In this document: one piece after another, positions 8,457-18,372 of the stretch
Layout: each line of letters starts with the position of its first letter
Numbering within the stretch: position 1 is the first letter of the stretch
NCBI GenBank assembly: GCA_043778225.1
Contig: JAYWGM010000079.1
Location: forward strand, 910 to 64,909
Length of the DNA stretch: 64,000 nucleotides
Reading direction: 5' to 3'
DNA from: Deinococcales bacterium
Lineage (GTDB): Bacteria > Deinococcota > Deinococci > Deinococcales > JAAFIG01
Notes under the pieces: generated by a model
Seen by the model: the letters and a program-made list of their open reading frames with translations, nothing else
The model's database searches: none
What the model was told of the DNA's origin: nothing
Made by a program: the position numbers and the translations under genes

Positions 8457-10373
8457 GTGTCCGAACCCGAAGCCCAAAAACCCACACTGCTGGCTGGGCG
8501 TTATCAATTGCGCGAGCCTGTCGGTGAGGGTGGTATGGCAATTGTTTGGCGGGCATACGACACGATTCTCAAGCGCGATGTTGCCTTAAAAGTGCTGCAC
8601 GAATATGTGCCACCGACCGACCGACAGCGTTTTCGGCGCGAAATTCGCACCCTCTCGAGGCTGGCGCATCCCAACATTATTGGGATTTACGACCTTGGCG
8701 AAGAAGATGGCAGGGCATTTTTTACGATGGAGCTTTTGACCGGTGGGCATATCTCGAGCTTAGGTCCGTTAGAAGACAACCCCGAAGAACTGACCCGTTT
8801 TTTGCGGGTCGCCAAAGAGGCGGCTCGAGGGTTGGCATACCTGCACGATTCTAAGTTGGTGCATCGTGATTTAACGCCGCGCAACATTTTAATTGATGCC
8901 CAAGGACACCCGCGCATCATGGATTTTGGCTTGGTCTATGTTTCGGATGCAACCCGAGATTTAACCCGCACGGGCTATACGCTTGGCACGCCACAGTATA
9001 TGGCACCCGAACAAGCCAAAGGCACAAGTATTTCTGCCAAGTCCGATATTTATTCGTATGGCGCGGTGCTGTATCGGGCTGCCACTGGGGTTGCACCATT
9101 TGAAGCCGACAATGACCAAGGGGTGCTGTACCAACACGTCTACGAAACACCAAAACCACTTTTAGAACACAACCCAAGTCTGCCATTAGCGATTTCCGAA
9201 ACAATTCTTGAGTTTTTAGATAAAGACCCGAGCGAACGCCCAAACAACGCCTTTGAACGCTTTGAAGCCACTTTACAGCGCCTAGAACTCGAGCATTTTC
9301 CAAGTCAGTACCGTGGTGGGCGTTGCCGCACGGGAGTACACCCAAGTGGTACTGCCAACCCAAGCCGCCTTAGGTTGGCTTGGAAAACCCAGTTGCCAAG
9401 CGAAATCACTTGGGGCGCAGCCATCACTGGTTTACGCGATACCCTTGCGGTCGGCACTCGAGGTGGAACGATGTGTCTACTCAATGCCTCGAGCGGCGCA
9501 CCCTTGGCAGAGTTCCAGAGCCACGATGAACTGACCGCGCCAGCCACATTTGATGGCGAGAATCTGATTTTTAGCGGCTGGGATGGTGTGACCAAAGCCG
9601 TACATTGGCGAACTCAAAAAAATCTTTGGGAGTTTCGCGGGCAATCCGAAATTACCGCCGCACCAACACCGTATAACGGCGCATGGCTGGTCTGCGCTCG
9701 AGATGGCAGTTGCTCGAGTCTACGGGCTGGGAAAGCCGAATGGGTTTATCAGAGCGCTGGTGGTCTGACCGCCACCCCTGTCATTTGGGCTGGCAGTGCT
9801 ATTTTAGCCGATGAAAACGGCAATATTGCAGGAATAAATTTGCAAAATGGCAAGCTCATTTGGCAGTTGCAACTCGAGGGTGTCCAAGCCACACCAGCCA
9901 TGGTGCGCGACCCAAAAAATCCAGATGCGGCGCTTTTAATCACCCCATCTTGGCAAGGCGATATTGCTGCCCTCGAGTTTAGGCGCTCCGAGCGTGGTTG
10001 GTTGCCGCAACCAGAAGCCCGTTGGGAATACGACCTCGAGGGCGAAGTCTGGGCAGCCCCAGCAGTTTCGGGCAGCACTGTGATTCTCAGTAACTGGCAA
10101 GCCGAAGCTGGTGTGGTCAGAGCCGTAGACCTTTCGACTGGCGATGACCTTTGGAGTTGTGCAACCAAGGGCAGAATTACCGCCAGTCCAATCATCTCGA
10201 GGGGCATCGTTTATATTTGTACCGAAGCTGGCGAAATACTGGCGCTGCGGCTCGAGGATGGAAAAATACGCTGGTCAGACCAAATTGGCTCGGGTATTCA
10301 AGCCACACCGCTGGTCATGAACGGAGCGTTGTTTGTGGCAACCTTGGGTGGTTTGGTGCGGTGCTACCAGTGA
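8457..10373 (+). CDS. Hanks-type Ser/Thr kinase with C-terminal PQQ-type beta-propeller (RqkA/AfsK-like)
   Basis: GEGGMA, VALK, HRDLTPRN, DFG and GTPQYMAPE motifs; repeated W....G.I.A.P propeller motifs; GTG start. Confidence 0.93.
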   Translation: MSEPEAQKPTLLAGRYQLREPVGEGGMAIVWRAYDTILKRDVALKVLHEYVPPTDRQRFRREIRTLSRLAHPNIIGIYDLGEEDGRAFFTMELLTGGHISSLGPLEDNPEELTRFLRVAKEAARGLAYLHDSKLVHRDLTPRNILIDAQGHPRIMDFGLVYVSDATRDLTRTGYTLGTPQYMAPEQAKGTSISAKSDIYSYGAVLYRAATGVAPFEADNDQGVLYQHVYETPKPLLEHNPSLPLAISETILEFLDKDPSERPNNAFERFEATLQRLELEHFPSQYRGGRCRTGVHPSGTANPSRLRLAWKTQLPSEITWGAAITGLRDTLAVGTRGGTMCLLNASSGAPLAEFQSHDELTAPATFDGENLIFSGWDGVTKAVHWRTQKNLWEFRGQSEITAAPTPYNGAWLVCARDGSCSSLRAGKAEWVYQSAGGLTATPVIWAGSAILADENGNIAGINLQNGKLIWQLQLEGVQATPAMVRDPKNPDAALLITPSWQGDIAALEFRRSERGWLPQPEARWEYDLEGEVWAAPAVSGSTVILSNWQAEAGVVRAVDLSTGDDLWSCATKGRITASPIISRGIVYICTEAGEILALRLEDGKIRWSDQIGSGIQATPLVMNGALFVATLGGLVRCYQ

Positions 10374-10410
10374 AGGTGAAAAGGAAAAAAGTGTAAAACC
10401 TTTAACCTTG
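10371..10410. repeat. Short purine-arm/pyrimidine-arm inverted repeat element (degenerate copy)
   Basis: GAAGGTGAAAAGGAAAAAAGTG...AACCTTTAACCTT between convergent genes. Confidence 0.5.
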
Positions 10411-10848
10411 TCTTACCTCGAGTACAAATTCGATGTCTTGGCGCAAACTGCTGGCAACTGAGCAGTATTTTTCAAACGATAAACGCACGGCTTTCTCGAG
10501 ACTGTCTGCGGTCACGCCTTCACCGTTTGCGATGTGGCGCATGATGATTTTGGTGTAGCGCTGCGGCACGGTTTCGGCTCGGATTCCCTCGAGTTCAATG
10601 CGGTAGCTGCTCAGTGGGGTGCGTTTTTTCTTCATGATGTCTTGGACATCCACTGCCGTACAACTGCCTAAGGCGGCAAGCAGCGCCTCCATCGGTCCTA
10701 AGCCAACACTGGCGCTGTCGGACTCGAGCGGCGCGGTGTGGTGGGCTTCGAGTGTGATTCGGTCACCGCGTGGATTCTGTGCCACAAACTTTGACCGTGC
10801 TGCGCCAGCCGCATCTAGGGCATCTATGTAGACCAATTTAGAGTTCAT
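10402..10848 (-). CDS. OsmC/YhfA family protein
   Basis: GPMEALLAALGSCTAVDV and KYCSVA two-Cys motifs; start at MNSKLV. Confidence 0.92.
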   Translation of the reverse strand: MNSKLVYIDALDAAGAARSKFVAQNPRGDRITLEAHHTAPLESDSASVGLGPMEALLAALGSCTAVDVQDIMKKKRTPLSSYRIELEGIRAETVPQRYTKIIMRHIANGEGVTADSLEKAVRLSFEKYCSVASSLRQDIEFVLEVRQG

Positions 10849-10891
10849 AGGCTCGAGTGTACGGCTTGGTGATAAGTTAGCAAGTATTACA

Positions 10892-11827
10892 TCATTCAAT
10901 TTGGCTAATCGCTTTTTGAAGCGTTTGCTCGAGTTGAGCGCCAATCAAAAGCGCCTCCAACCAGCGCTTAGGGATACTCGAGAAACCAAATTTTGCGCCT
11001 AGCAATGCCCCAGCCACTGCACCAATCGTATCGGCATCACCGCCTTGGTTAATTGCCAAAATTAAACCATCCTCTAAATTTTCGCTGTGCATCAGCACCC
11101 ACGCTGCGACCTGAACTGTTGCCAAGGCATAACCACTGGTGTCAAGTTCGGTAATCTCGAGTTCACGGGCGCGTTCAGTCCAGACCAAAACATCAGCTTC
11201 TGGGGGCTGCTGTCCAGCCCGAGCAAAACGCAATTCTTCTTGCGCCGCCAACCATGCTTCTTGGTCGGTAGCGCCGCAAATATAGGCGGCTATCATTGCG
11301 TTTAGCCACAGCGCAGCCTCAACTGCCCGTTGGTCAAAATGGGTCACTCGAGCAATTTCGATTGTTTCCATGACCCGCACTTCGCGGTCGATTGCTCGTA
11401 AAATGGCAGTTGGCGCAGAGCGCATCACCGCCCCATTGCCGGCTCCTGTTTGGCGCATGGTCTCAAAGGCTACACGTCCGGACTCACGTGGCGAAACACC
11501 GCGTTTGAGTTCATTTAAGGCAGTTCGGGTCTGGTTGCCAATGTCTTTGGGTTTACTTTGTAGCCAGCCTAAAAAATTTTCGGCAACCCGCTCTAAGGTA
11601 TAGCCAGCCGCGTATGCCTCGAGAATACAAAGCGTCATTTCGGTATCATCGGTGATTTCTCCAGCCTTTAAGCCCAGCCAGCCACCACCAATCAAGTCGC
11701 GGACTGTTTGCCCAATCGCTTCTCGAGTCTTAAATTCGTTGGTTGCCCCAAGCGCATCGCCGATTGCCAAGGCAAAAAGACAGCCCTGTGCTTTGTCTAA
11801 AAAAACTTCGTTCATGGGCAACAGCAT
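10892..11827 (-). CDS. ADP-ribosylglycohydrolase (DraG/ARH family)
   Basis: AIGDALG, TDDTEM, DIGNQT, GNGAVMR and GGDADTIGAVAG motifs. Confidence 0.95.
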   Translation of the reverse strand: MLLPMNEVFLDKAQGCLFALAIGDALGATNEFKTREAIGQTVRDLIGGGWLGLKAGEITDDTEMTLCILEAYAAGYTLERVAENFLGWLQSKPKDIGNQTRTALNELKRGVSPRESGRVAFETMRQTGAGNGAVMRSAPTAILRAIDREVRVMETIEIARVTHFDQRAVEAALWLNAMIAAYICGATDQEAWLAAQEELRFARAGQQPPEADVLVWTERARELEITELDTSGYALATVQVAAWVLMHSENLEDGLILAINQGGDADTIGAVAGALLGAKFGFSSIPKRWLEALLIGAQLEQTLQKAISQIE

Positions 11828-11870
11828 AACGCCTTAGTCGGTTGTGGCGTGGTCAACTTTGGGCTTTGGC

Positions 11871-12401
11871 TCAATGCAGTACCGCTTCGTTTTCACGTGG
11901 CGAACCAGTTTTTAAGCCCATGTTTGGCTCGAGGTGCTTGGCATACCACGATAAAATTGGACGGGCATCCACCGCAAAGCTGTAGCCCATTCGCTCCCAA
12001 AAGCGCACCGCTCGTGGATTATGTCCAAAAACGCCAGCCAGAATTCTTTGTACCCGAGTTTTTAGGCGCTGCTCGAGACGCTGCATAATCTGTGAACCTA
12101 AACCAAGGTGCTGCTTATTCTCGGCAACCAACAGTAAATTGACGATCGCATCGGCTTTTTTTGGGTAATCGAGGGTGGTGTCTAAGTATGCCACAACCTG
12201 ATTATCGAGAAAGTAAAACTCGAGACTGCGGCGCGGATTGGACAGAGCCGTCTCGAGTTCTCGGGTCACATCTTCGATGCTTGGCAATGGCGCGGCGATG
12301 ATTTCAAAGTAATGGGTACTTTGGGTGTAAAATTGATGAAGCATAAAAACGTCGGTCTGCGCCAGAGGACGGGACTCGAGATGGGTTAAAAGGATTTTCA
12401 C
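11871..12401 (-). CDS. GNAT family N-acetyltransferase
   Basis: Q.LGLGS and N.RA..FWE.MGY motifs. Confidence 0.85.
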   Translation of the reverse strand: MKILLTHLESRPLAQTDVFMLHQFYTQSTHYFEIIAAPLPSIEDVTRELETALSNPRRSLEFYFLDNQVVAYLDTTLDYPKKADAIVNLLLVAENKQHLGLGSQIMQRLEQRLKTRVQRILAGVFGHNPRAVRFWERMGYSFAVDARPILSWYAKHLEPNMGLKTGSPRENEAVLH

Positions 12402-12482
12402 GGCGTTGTTATTGTACGCCAGATTTCAATGAGAGGCGGGTCAGAATTAAAATATGCTTCTACCGACGGCGAATGTCAGCCT

Positions 12483-13046
12483 CTACCGACGGCGCTTCTT
12501 ACGAAAAAAACGCGGCTGTATATCGGGGGCAATCCCATCCGCGATTAAGTGTAGCCATTGCGAAAGATAATAGCCAGCCACCAAGCCCAGCACCGCTTGT
12601 GAAGCCAGCACGCCACTCGAGAAAACATTTTGCAGGCTGCCCAGTAAATCGTGGACAAAACCACGGGTTACGCCAAGCAATTGGGTCTCGAGAACGGGCT
12701 GACGCAGCAACCAAATTGGTATTGCCAGCAGTAAACACAGATAAACCACTCGAGTTAATGGTCCAACAATCCAAGTGTGCGATAAGCCTCGGTGCGAGAA
12801 CATCATGCCGTATGGAATCCACAATGCCCCGAGTATTCCCCAATTGCGTTTAGAATCCACATTTTGTTCGGCTAAATCTAAATCGGGCGAAAGCAAATAC
12901 GTTCCTGATAAAAAAGCCCCCGAAAAAGTCAGAAGCGTGACTGGCTCGAGCCGCACCCAGCCAGCCGCGTGGGCATAGCCATACGAACCCGCGATTGCCA
13001 CAAATGACAACGTGTTGATTAAATTGTGAACTCGTCCAGATGGCAC
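12483..13046 (-). CDS. DUF2227-like membrane metal-binding protein
   Basis: MPSGRVH, LSPDLD, W.PY....SHRG.SH and WLHLIAD motifs. Confidence 0.88.
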   Translation of the reverse strand: MPSGRVHNLINTLSFVAIAGSYGYAHAAGWVRLEPVTLLTFSGAFLSGTYLLSPDLDLAEQNVDSKRNWGILGALWIPYGMMFSHRGLSHTWIVGPLTRVVYLCLLLAIPIWLLRQPVLETQLLGVTRGFVHDLLGSLQNVFSSGVLASQAVLGLVAGYYLSQWLHLIADGIAPDIQPRFFRKKRRR

Positions 13047-13124
13047 AAAGGCTATTATAAGTCTAAACGCAAATTAAGGTTGCGCTTACCTCAAACACAG
13101 GTTCAAAGCGTCAAAATAGCAGCT

Positions 13125-15143
13125 ATGAAGATACCTTATGCAGTCGGTGCTTTAACGTTAGCAGCCATTCTTGTGGCTTGTCCGCCGCCACCTACGCTAG
13201 GCATTGTTCGGGTACAACAAGCCGCCGGCGAGGTTTTACGCAGCGTGGCGGTCAATACCCAAGTGCAATTCTCGGCAACCCTCGACGGTCAGCCGACCAC
13301 CAATGTCAGTTGGAGCGTGGTCGAAGGCGCAACTCGAGGCACGATGGATGCTAATGGCAATTATACCGCCCCAGCCGCCGTACCATCGCCCGCCACCGCC
13401 ACCATTCGCGCCACCAACAAAAGCGTGACGACTCAATTTGGCGAATTCCAACTGACGGTCGTCACCAGTGGCGGAATCAGTGGCACAGTTACCCTTGGGG
13501 CGGGTTTACTTGGCGCTCCAAATGCCCAAGTCCAAACAGTACGTCTCGAGCCACAAGCTGTCCGTTCGGCTAAAGCCGATTGGAATGCGCCACGAATTCA
13601 AGGTGAAGTGCTGATTGTCAGCACCAGCAACCTGCAAAGCCTCTCGAGCCAAAGTGCCAGTTTACGCAGCACCAGCAGCAAATCCGAAGCTGGGTTTGTT
13701 CGCGTCCGTGTTCCAAGTGGTACAACCGACCGCGCCTTTGCCGAAAAACTCGCCCTCGAGACCGGTGCAACCGTACAACCCAATTACCGTTACCGTTTAC
13801 TTGAAGCCCCAAACGATACTTTATTTAATGACCAAGCCAACCTGACCCAAATAGATGCGGCTGGTGCTTGGTTTACCCAAGTCAATGTGCCAGATAACCT
13901 GATTGCTGTGTTGGATACGGGTATCAACGCCAGTCATCCAGACTTGGTGGGGCGGATTAACGCTGGTAAAGATTTTTGCCCAACCTTTACCACTTCTTGC
14001 ACAGGCGAAGACAACGACCCAACCGAATTGACCGTTGCCCAAGGTGGCGGACACGGCACATTTGCGACTGGAATTGTTGGCGCAACCACCAATAACAAAG
14101 CTGGTATTGCTGGCATCACCCAAGGCGGCAAAATTTTAGCCGTTAAAGTCTTTGGCGCAGACGCTGGCGGCGCGATTGCCGATACCGTAGCACTTTCAAA
14201 AGGCATTAAGTACGCTGCCGACCAAGGTTCAAAAGTGATTAGTATGTCACTTGGAGTCTGTATTACCCAAGCCAATGCCTTTGACACCCCAGATAAACTG
14301 ACCGAAAATGCAATTACTTATGCGGTTGGTAAGGGTGCGGTTTTGGTGGCTGCGTCGGGCAACAACGGTGTCAATCCAAATGCCCAATGTGGTACAGATA
14401 CAGCCGTGCAATTTCCAGCCAGCAACCCGAATGTGATTGCCGTTGGTTCGGTCAACAACAGCAATGCTCGCTCGAGCTTTAGTGCCACAGGAGCAGCCCT
14501 CGACTTGGTTGCGCCCGGCGAAGCCCTGACCTCGTTGCGCTTTGACAATGCTGCTTATGAACAAAAAAGTGGCACAAGTTTTGCCGCTCCACAAGTCTCA
14601 GCAGTGGCTGGTTTAATTTTTGCAGCCAATCCAGCTTTAACCCGAATTGAAGTCCAGAGCATTCTCGAGTCCACCGCTAAGGACTTAGGTACAGCTGGCA
14701 AAGACACCGATTTTGGGGCGGGTTTACTCCAAGCAGGAGCAGCCGTTTCTAAAGCCAAAGTTTTTTCAAACCCTAATCCAGCCCCAACCGCCAAAACCAG
14801 TGTCTATATGTACGCCGACCGTCTGCGTACTGCCCCAAATCCAACCGCAGGTTGTGTGGTCGTCGAAGCCAGCAACCGCAACTGTTACGACGGTGCAAGC
14901 ACCTTGGCTGGGCGTGGCGTGGTCACGATCAACGGCACAAGTGGCGCAGTCGCCTACAGCATCACCCTCTCGAGAGATGGCAACCCATTACAACCCGGTA
15001 CATACCGAGTCGTGGCGTGTGTCAATAAAAACTCCAATGCTTTAGCCTGCGACCCCGGCGACCTTGGTGCAGAAAGTAACGTCAACATCAACTATCCAGG
15101 CGGAACTTTACCGGGCATTAACTTGACCTTAGCTGCCCTCTAA
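13125..15143 (+). CDS. S8 subtilisin-like serine protease, lipoprotein with Ig-like N-domain
   Basis: Lipobox LVAC; catalytic VLDTG, GHGT, AASGN and SGTSFAAP motifs. Confidence 0.95.
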   Translation: MKIPYAVGALTLAAILVACPPPPTLGIVRVQQAAGEVLRSVAVNTQVQFSATLDGQPTTNVSWSVVEGATRGTMDANGNYTAPAAVPSPATATIRATNKSVTTQFGEFQLTVVTSGGISGTVTLGAGLLGAPNAQVQTVRLEPQAVRSAKADWNAPRIQGEVLIVSTSNLQSLSSQSASLRSTSSKSEAGFVRVRVPSGTTDRAFAEKLALETGATVQPNYRYRLLEAPNDTLFNDQANLTQIDAAGAWFTQVNVPDNLIAVLDTGINASHPDLVGRINAGKDFCPTFTTSCTGEDNDPTELTVAQGGGHGTFATGIVGATTNNKAGIAGITQGGKILAVKVFGADAGGAIADTVALSKGIKYAADQGSKVISMSLGVCITQANAFDTPDKLTENAITYAVGKGAVLVAASGNNGVNPNAQCGTDTAVQFPASNPNVIAVGSVNNSNARSSFSATGAALDLVAPGEALTSLRFDNAAYEQKSGTSFAAPQVSAVAGLIFAANPALTRIEVQSILESTAKDLGTAGKDTDFGAGLLQAGAAVSKAKVFSNPNPAPTAKTSVYMYADRLRTAPNPTAGCVVVEASNRNCYDGASTLAGRGVVTINGTSGAVAYSITLSRDGNPLQPGTYRVVACVNKNSNALACDPGDLGAESNVNINYPGGTLPGINLTLAAL

Positions 15144-15160
15144 AATACTTCTCCCTCGAA

Positions 15161-15188
15161 CCTCCTAGCTTTGGTTAGGAGGCTTTTT
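15161..15188 (+). terminator. Rho-independent terminator
   Basis: CCTCCTAG-CTTTGG-TTAGGAGG followed by CTTTTT after the protease stop. Confidence 0.8.
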
Positions 15189-15241
15189 CATGCTTCTCAT
15201 TGCCACAACGTATCATTGGATTCTCGAGCCAACTCGAGCTT

Positions 15242-16405
15242 ATGAAACGATTTCTTTTCCCGCTTTTACTTTTGCTGGCACTGGTGGCGTGCGGTGCTTG
15301 GACTTATCCAGCTTGGGGCGTTATCTCGAGATTTGCGGCTTTTCCGGCTGCGCCAAGTCAACCGATTACTTTTTTACTGGCTGGGGTTGGGCATCATTAT
15401 GTCGGCTACCACACCCGAGGTACACTCGAGAACGATTTTACGCTTGGTTTGACCGACACAATGGTGCTGGTGCAACTGAATCCGACGCAAAAAGCCATCA
15501 AATTGCTTTCGATTCCTCGAGACACCCACGTTGGGGCTGGCAACACCACGAGGGACAAAATTAATGCTGCCATGCTTGGTGGTTTTGACTCGAGTGTTCG
15601 GGCAGTCGAAGGGTTGCTAAACCTAAAACTAGATGGCTACTTATTTGTTTCGATTGATGGCACACGTGCCTTGGTGGATGCCCTAGGCGGGGTGCGGCTG
15701 TTTGTGCCACAAGCCATGCAGTACAAAGACAGCGCCGCCAAACTCGAGATTAACCTACAGCGCGGTTGGCAGGTCTTAAACGGCAAACAAGCCGAAGGAT
15801 TTGTGCGCTTTCGCTACGATAATCTTGGCGATATTGGGCGCACCCAACGTCAACAGGCTTTTTTTCGGGCATTGCTCGAGAAACTGCAAACCCCAGAAGC
15901 GTGGGTCAAACTGCCGCAGTTAGCCAAGGTCTTTGAAACCCACGCTCGCACCAATTTAACGCGGCGTGAAGTTGGAGCAGCTTTGGGTTTTTTGGTGCAG
16001 CGTCCTCGAGTCGATACTTTGTTGCTGCCCGGTGATTTTGGGCGTTTGGGGCGCTATTCGTTTTGGATTCCAGACGAAAATGCGGTTCGTGCCTTGGTCA
16101 ATTCTAATTTACGCAACAACAAAGAAATCCAAGGTCGTGACCCGTTTGAACTGAGCATTGCAATTGTGGCTACCGATACGGCTCGAGCCAAACGCGCCCA
16201 AAGCCAACTGCGGGCGGCTGGGTTTCGTTTTGTCTGGCTTGCCGACTCGATTCCCGGCGACCCAACAAAAACTGAAGTGCTGTCCTCGAGCAACTTAATT
16301 GAAGCTCGAGTGATTCGTACTCAACTTGGTGCGGGAACAGAGCGAATCAGTGGTGAGGGTGTTTTGGGTGCAGATATAACGGTGCGACTTGGGACAGATT
16401 TTTAG
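15242..16405 (+). CDS. LCP (LytR-CpsA-Psr) family protein with LytR C-terminal domain
   Basis: TDTMVL, LSIPRDT, DKINAA, FVRFR and GDIGR.QRQQ motifs. Confidence 0.93.
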   Translation: MKRFLFPLLLLLALVACGAWTYPAWGVISRFAAFPAAPSQPITFLLAGVGHHYVGYHTRGTLENDFTLGLTDTMVLVQLNPTQKAIKLLSIPRDTHVGAGNTTRDKINAAMLGGFDSSVRAVEGLLNLKLDGYLFVSIDGTRALVDALGGVRLFVPQAMQYKDSAAKLEINLQRGWQVLNGKQAEGFVRFRYDNLGDIGRTQRQQAFFRALLEKLQTPEAWVKLPQLAKVFETHARTNLTRREVGAALGFLVQRPRVDTLLLPGDFGRLGRYSFWIPDENAVRALVNSNLRNNKEIQGRDPFELSIAIVATDTARAKRAQSQLRAAGFRFVWLADSIPGDPTKTEVLSSSNLIEARVIRTQLGAGTERISGEGVLGADITVRLGTDF

Positions 16406-16606
16406 GTAATTGACCTTGCTGCACCAATTCACGCAAAGCGGCTCGGCGCTGGCTTGGGACAAAAAAGCAACTTGTTCTTCCAAAGCCACCTGCATTTTAA
16501 GCAACTCGAGGGCTTCCACCAGAACTTCGTTGGTATCAGCATAAACGCCAGCTTGGACTTGCGAAGAAACCCAAGTCTCGAGTTGAGTTGGCAAAGTAAC
16601 AATCAT
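16295..16606 (-). pseudogene. Orphan, degenerate ParD-like (ribbon-helix-helix) antitoxin
   Basis: MIVTLPTQLETWVSSQVQAGVYADTNEVLVEAL resembles the ParD at 35979. The 3' end runs antisense into LCP, and no toxin follows. Confidence 0.55.
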
Positions 16607-16701
16607 GGTATCGGGGTAGCACATCAAAAGCATAAAAGCCTCGAGAAGCTAAGGCATAAGCTCGAGCCGAGAAACCCCGCCTACACTTGAGTTATACCAA
16701 A

Positions 16702-17121
16702 TTAACTTAATTTGGTATTAATCCGTTTTTTCACAACTGGAATATGTACTACCCATTGCTGAAGAATATGTTTGAGTGCTTCAGAGTGAAAATCAACTGC
16801 TCTATCGGTTGTGAACTTTATGCAAGCGCGATCTGGTCCAAGCCACTTGAGTATACCACTGGGGTCTTGGATGACACCAACAGGCATTTCATTCTTCTTT
16901 GCTCCCATATGAAGAATAAGCTGTAGAGGTGGCTTTCCGTTAAGGCGCATAGTCGCAAAATGCTCACCGATATAAAAGCTCGGTGCATTCCATTTAACCG
17001 CCTCACCAATCTTAGGGTCAATAGATAGGATTAACATACGAAGTTCTTGAATGTCTAGTTTCAAGGGATGGACTAGAGTTTCTAAAAATTGCTCTACAGA
17101 TGGTTCTGTCGTGACTGCCAT
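16702..17121 (-). CDS. DUF1801 (YdhG-like) protein
   Basis: V..FL..L.HPLK..I..LR.LIL....I.E.VKWNAPSF; L.LILH.GAK; DP.G.L.W..DRA. Confidence 0.88.
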   Translation of the reverse strand: MAVTTEPSVEQFLETLVHPLKLDIQELRMLILSIDPKIGEAVKWNAPSFYIGEHFATMRLNGKPPLQLILHMGAKKNEMPVGVIQDPSGILKWLGPDRACIKFTTDRAVDFHSEALKHILQQWVVHIPVVKKRINTKLS

Positions 17122-17238
17122 GGCGACCTCTTACGGATTGGTGCGTGAACCTCAAAGCGTTCAGATTTAAGCTCAAGAACCAAAGAATTGATATTTGAAA
17201 CACTTGAACGACAAGGGAGATTTAGGGTTCAGTAGTGT

Positions 17239-17315
17239 TGGTGCGCCCGATCCGAATCGAACGGATGACCTAAGCGTTAGGAGTGCTTTGCTCTATCCGA
17301 CTGAGCTACGAGCGC
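17239..17315 (-). tRNA. tRNA-Arg(CCT)
   Basis: GCGCTCGTAGCTCAGTCGGATAGAGCAAAGCACTCCTAACGCTTAGGTCATCCGTTCGATTCGGATCGGGCGCACCA; 77-nt cloverleaf with an A31-C39 mismatch. Confidence 0.92.
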
Positions 17316-17477
17316 ATTATACTACGGCAAGAAGATTACCATGCCATTAAAGTTTTGTAAAAGTCCTAAAACTTGGCAATGTGGTGAAAATCTTTTATCG
17401 TAACAACGCAAAAGAATCTTGCACTCCGAAAAGAAAACCCTGTGAAATAGGAAGTTGTTTTGGTTCTTCTTTTTTAT

Positions 17478-17543
17478 TGACATGGTAAACGGCAATGACA
17501 CTTAAAACGGAAACCACTGACAAACAAAACGGAAATTGACAAA
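17478..17543 (+). repeat. Three imperfect direct repeats TGACA-N4/5-AAACGG.AA abutting a tRNA 3' end
   Basis: tgacatggtaaacggcaa / tgacacttaaaacggaaa / tgacaaacaaaacggaaa / tgacaaa. Confidence 0.65.
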
Positions 17544-17620
17544 TGGTGCGCCGAGAGGGAATCGAACCCACGACCTAAGCCTTAGGAGTGCCTCGCTCTA
17601 TCCTTCTGAGCTATCGGCGC
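17544..17620 (-). tRNA. tRNA-Arg(CCT), second divergent copy
   Basis: GCGCCGATAGCTCAGAAGGATAGAGCGAGGCACTCCTAAGGCTTAGGTCGTGGGTTCGATTCCCTCTCGGCGCACCA; perfect acceptor stem, A31-G39 mismatch and a T-T mismatch in the T stem. Confidence 0.88.
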
Positions 17621-17679
17621 ATGGCAGCAAGAAGTTTATCATACTTTAACGACTCTTTTTGCGCTAAACTACTGCCACT

Positions 17680-18372
17680 GTGGCAAAAGTTTTGGTGGTC
17701 GAAGACGAAGTTGAATTAGCCAATATCATCGCGGAGCATCTGCGCTCCGAAGGTCACTTGGTGGCACTCGAGGGCAATGGCGCAAAAGCCCTTGAACGAG
17801 CCAATCTCGAGGCATTTGATTTACTGATTCTGGATTTAATGCTGCCTAGCCTTGATGGTCTCGAGGTGGCTCGGCGCTTGCGGCGCTCAAGTGGCGCAAC
17901 CAACGCCACTGTGCCAATTTTAATGCTGACCGCTCGAGCCGAAGAAACCGACCGTGTGCTGGGTTTTGAAGTTGGCGCAGACGATTATATTGTTAAGCCG
18001 TTTAGCCTGCGCGAATTTCTGGCTCGAGTTCGGGCAATGCTGCGCCGCTCAAAAATTATCGAAGATGAAAGCCGCGTGGCAGTGCTGCGTTTTGGGCGTT
18101 TTGAACTTGATAGCAATGCCAGAGCCGTCAAAATTGGCGAAAAATTAACCGATTTAACGCCTCGAGAATACGAATTACTTTTAATGTTGGCGCGTCATCC
18201 GGGGCGAACCTTTACGAGGGATTACTTACTCGAGCGCATTTGGGGAACAGAATACGATGGTTCTGACCGAGTCGTGGACACCACCGTGGTGCGTTTACGG
18301 CGCAAGTTAAGCCATGAAGGCGAGCGGGTCATCAGTGTTTGGGGCGTAGGCTACCGCTTTGATGCAGCTTAA
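17680..18372 (+). CDS. OmpR/PhoB family response regulator
   Basis: VVEDE, LDLMLP, MLTAR, GADDYIVKPF and wHTH VWGVGYRF motifs. Confidence 0.96.
   Translation: MAKVLVVEDEVELANIIAEHLRSEGHLVALEGNGAKALERANLEAFDLLILDLMLPSLDGLEVARRLRRSSGATNATVPILMLTARAEETDRVLGFEVGADDYIVKPFSLREFLARVRAMLRRSKIIEDESRVAVLRFGRFELDSNARAVKIGEKLTDLTPREYELLLMLARHPGRTFTRDYLLERIWGTEYDGSDRVVDTTVVRLRRKLSHEGERVISVWGVGYRFDAA

Noticed and set aside
17137-17146. Second att copy (CGCACCAA) of the tRNA-Arg(CCT) 3' end
   Set aside because: Only about 8 bp match roughly 100 bp away, which is too short to distinguish from chance.
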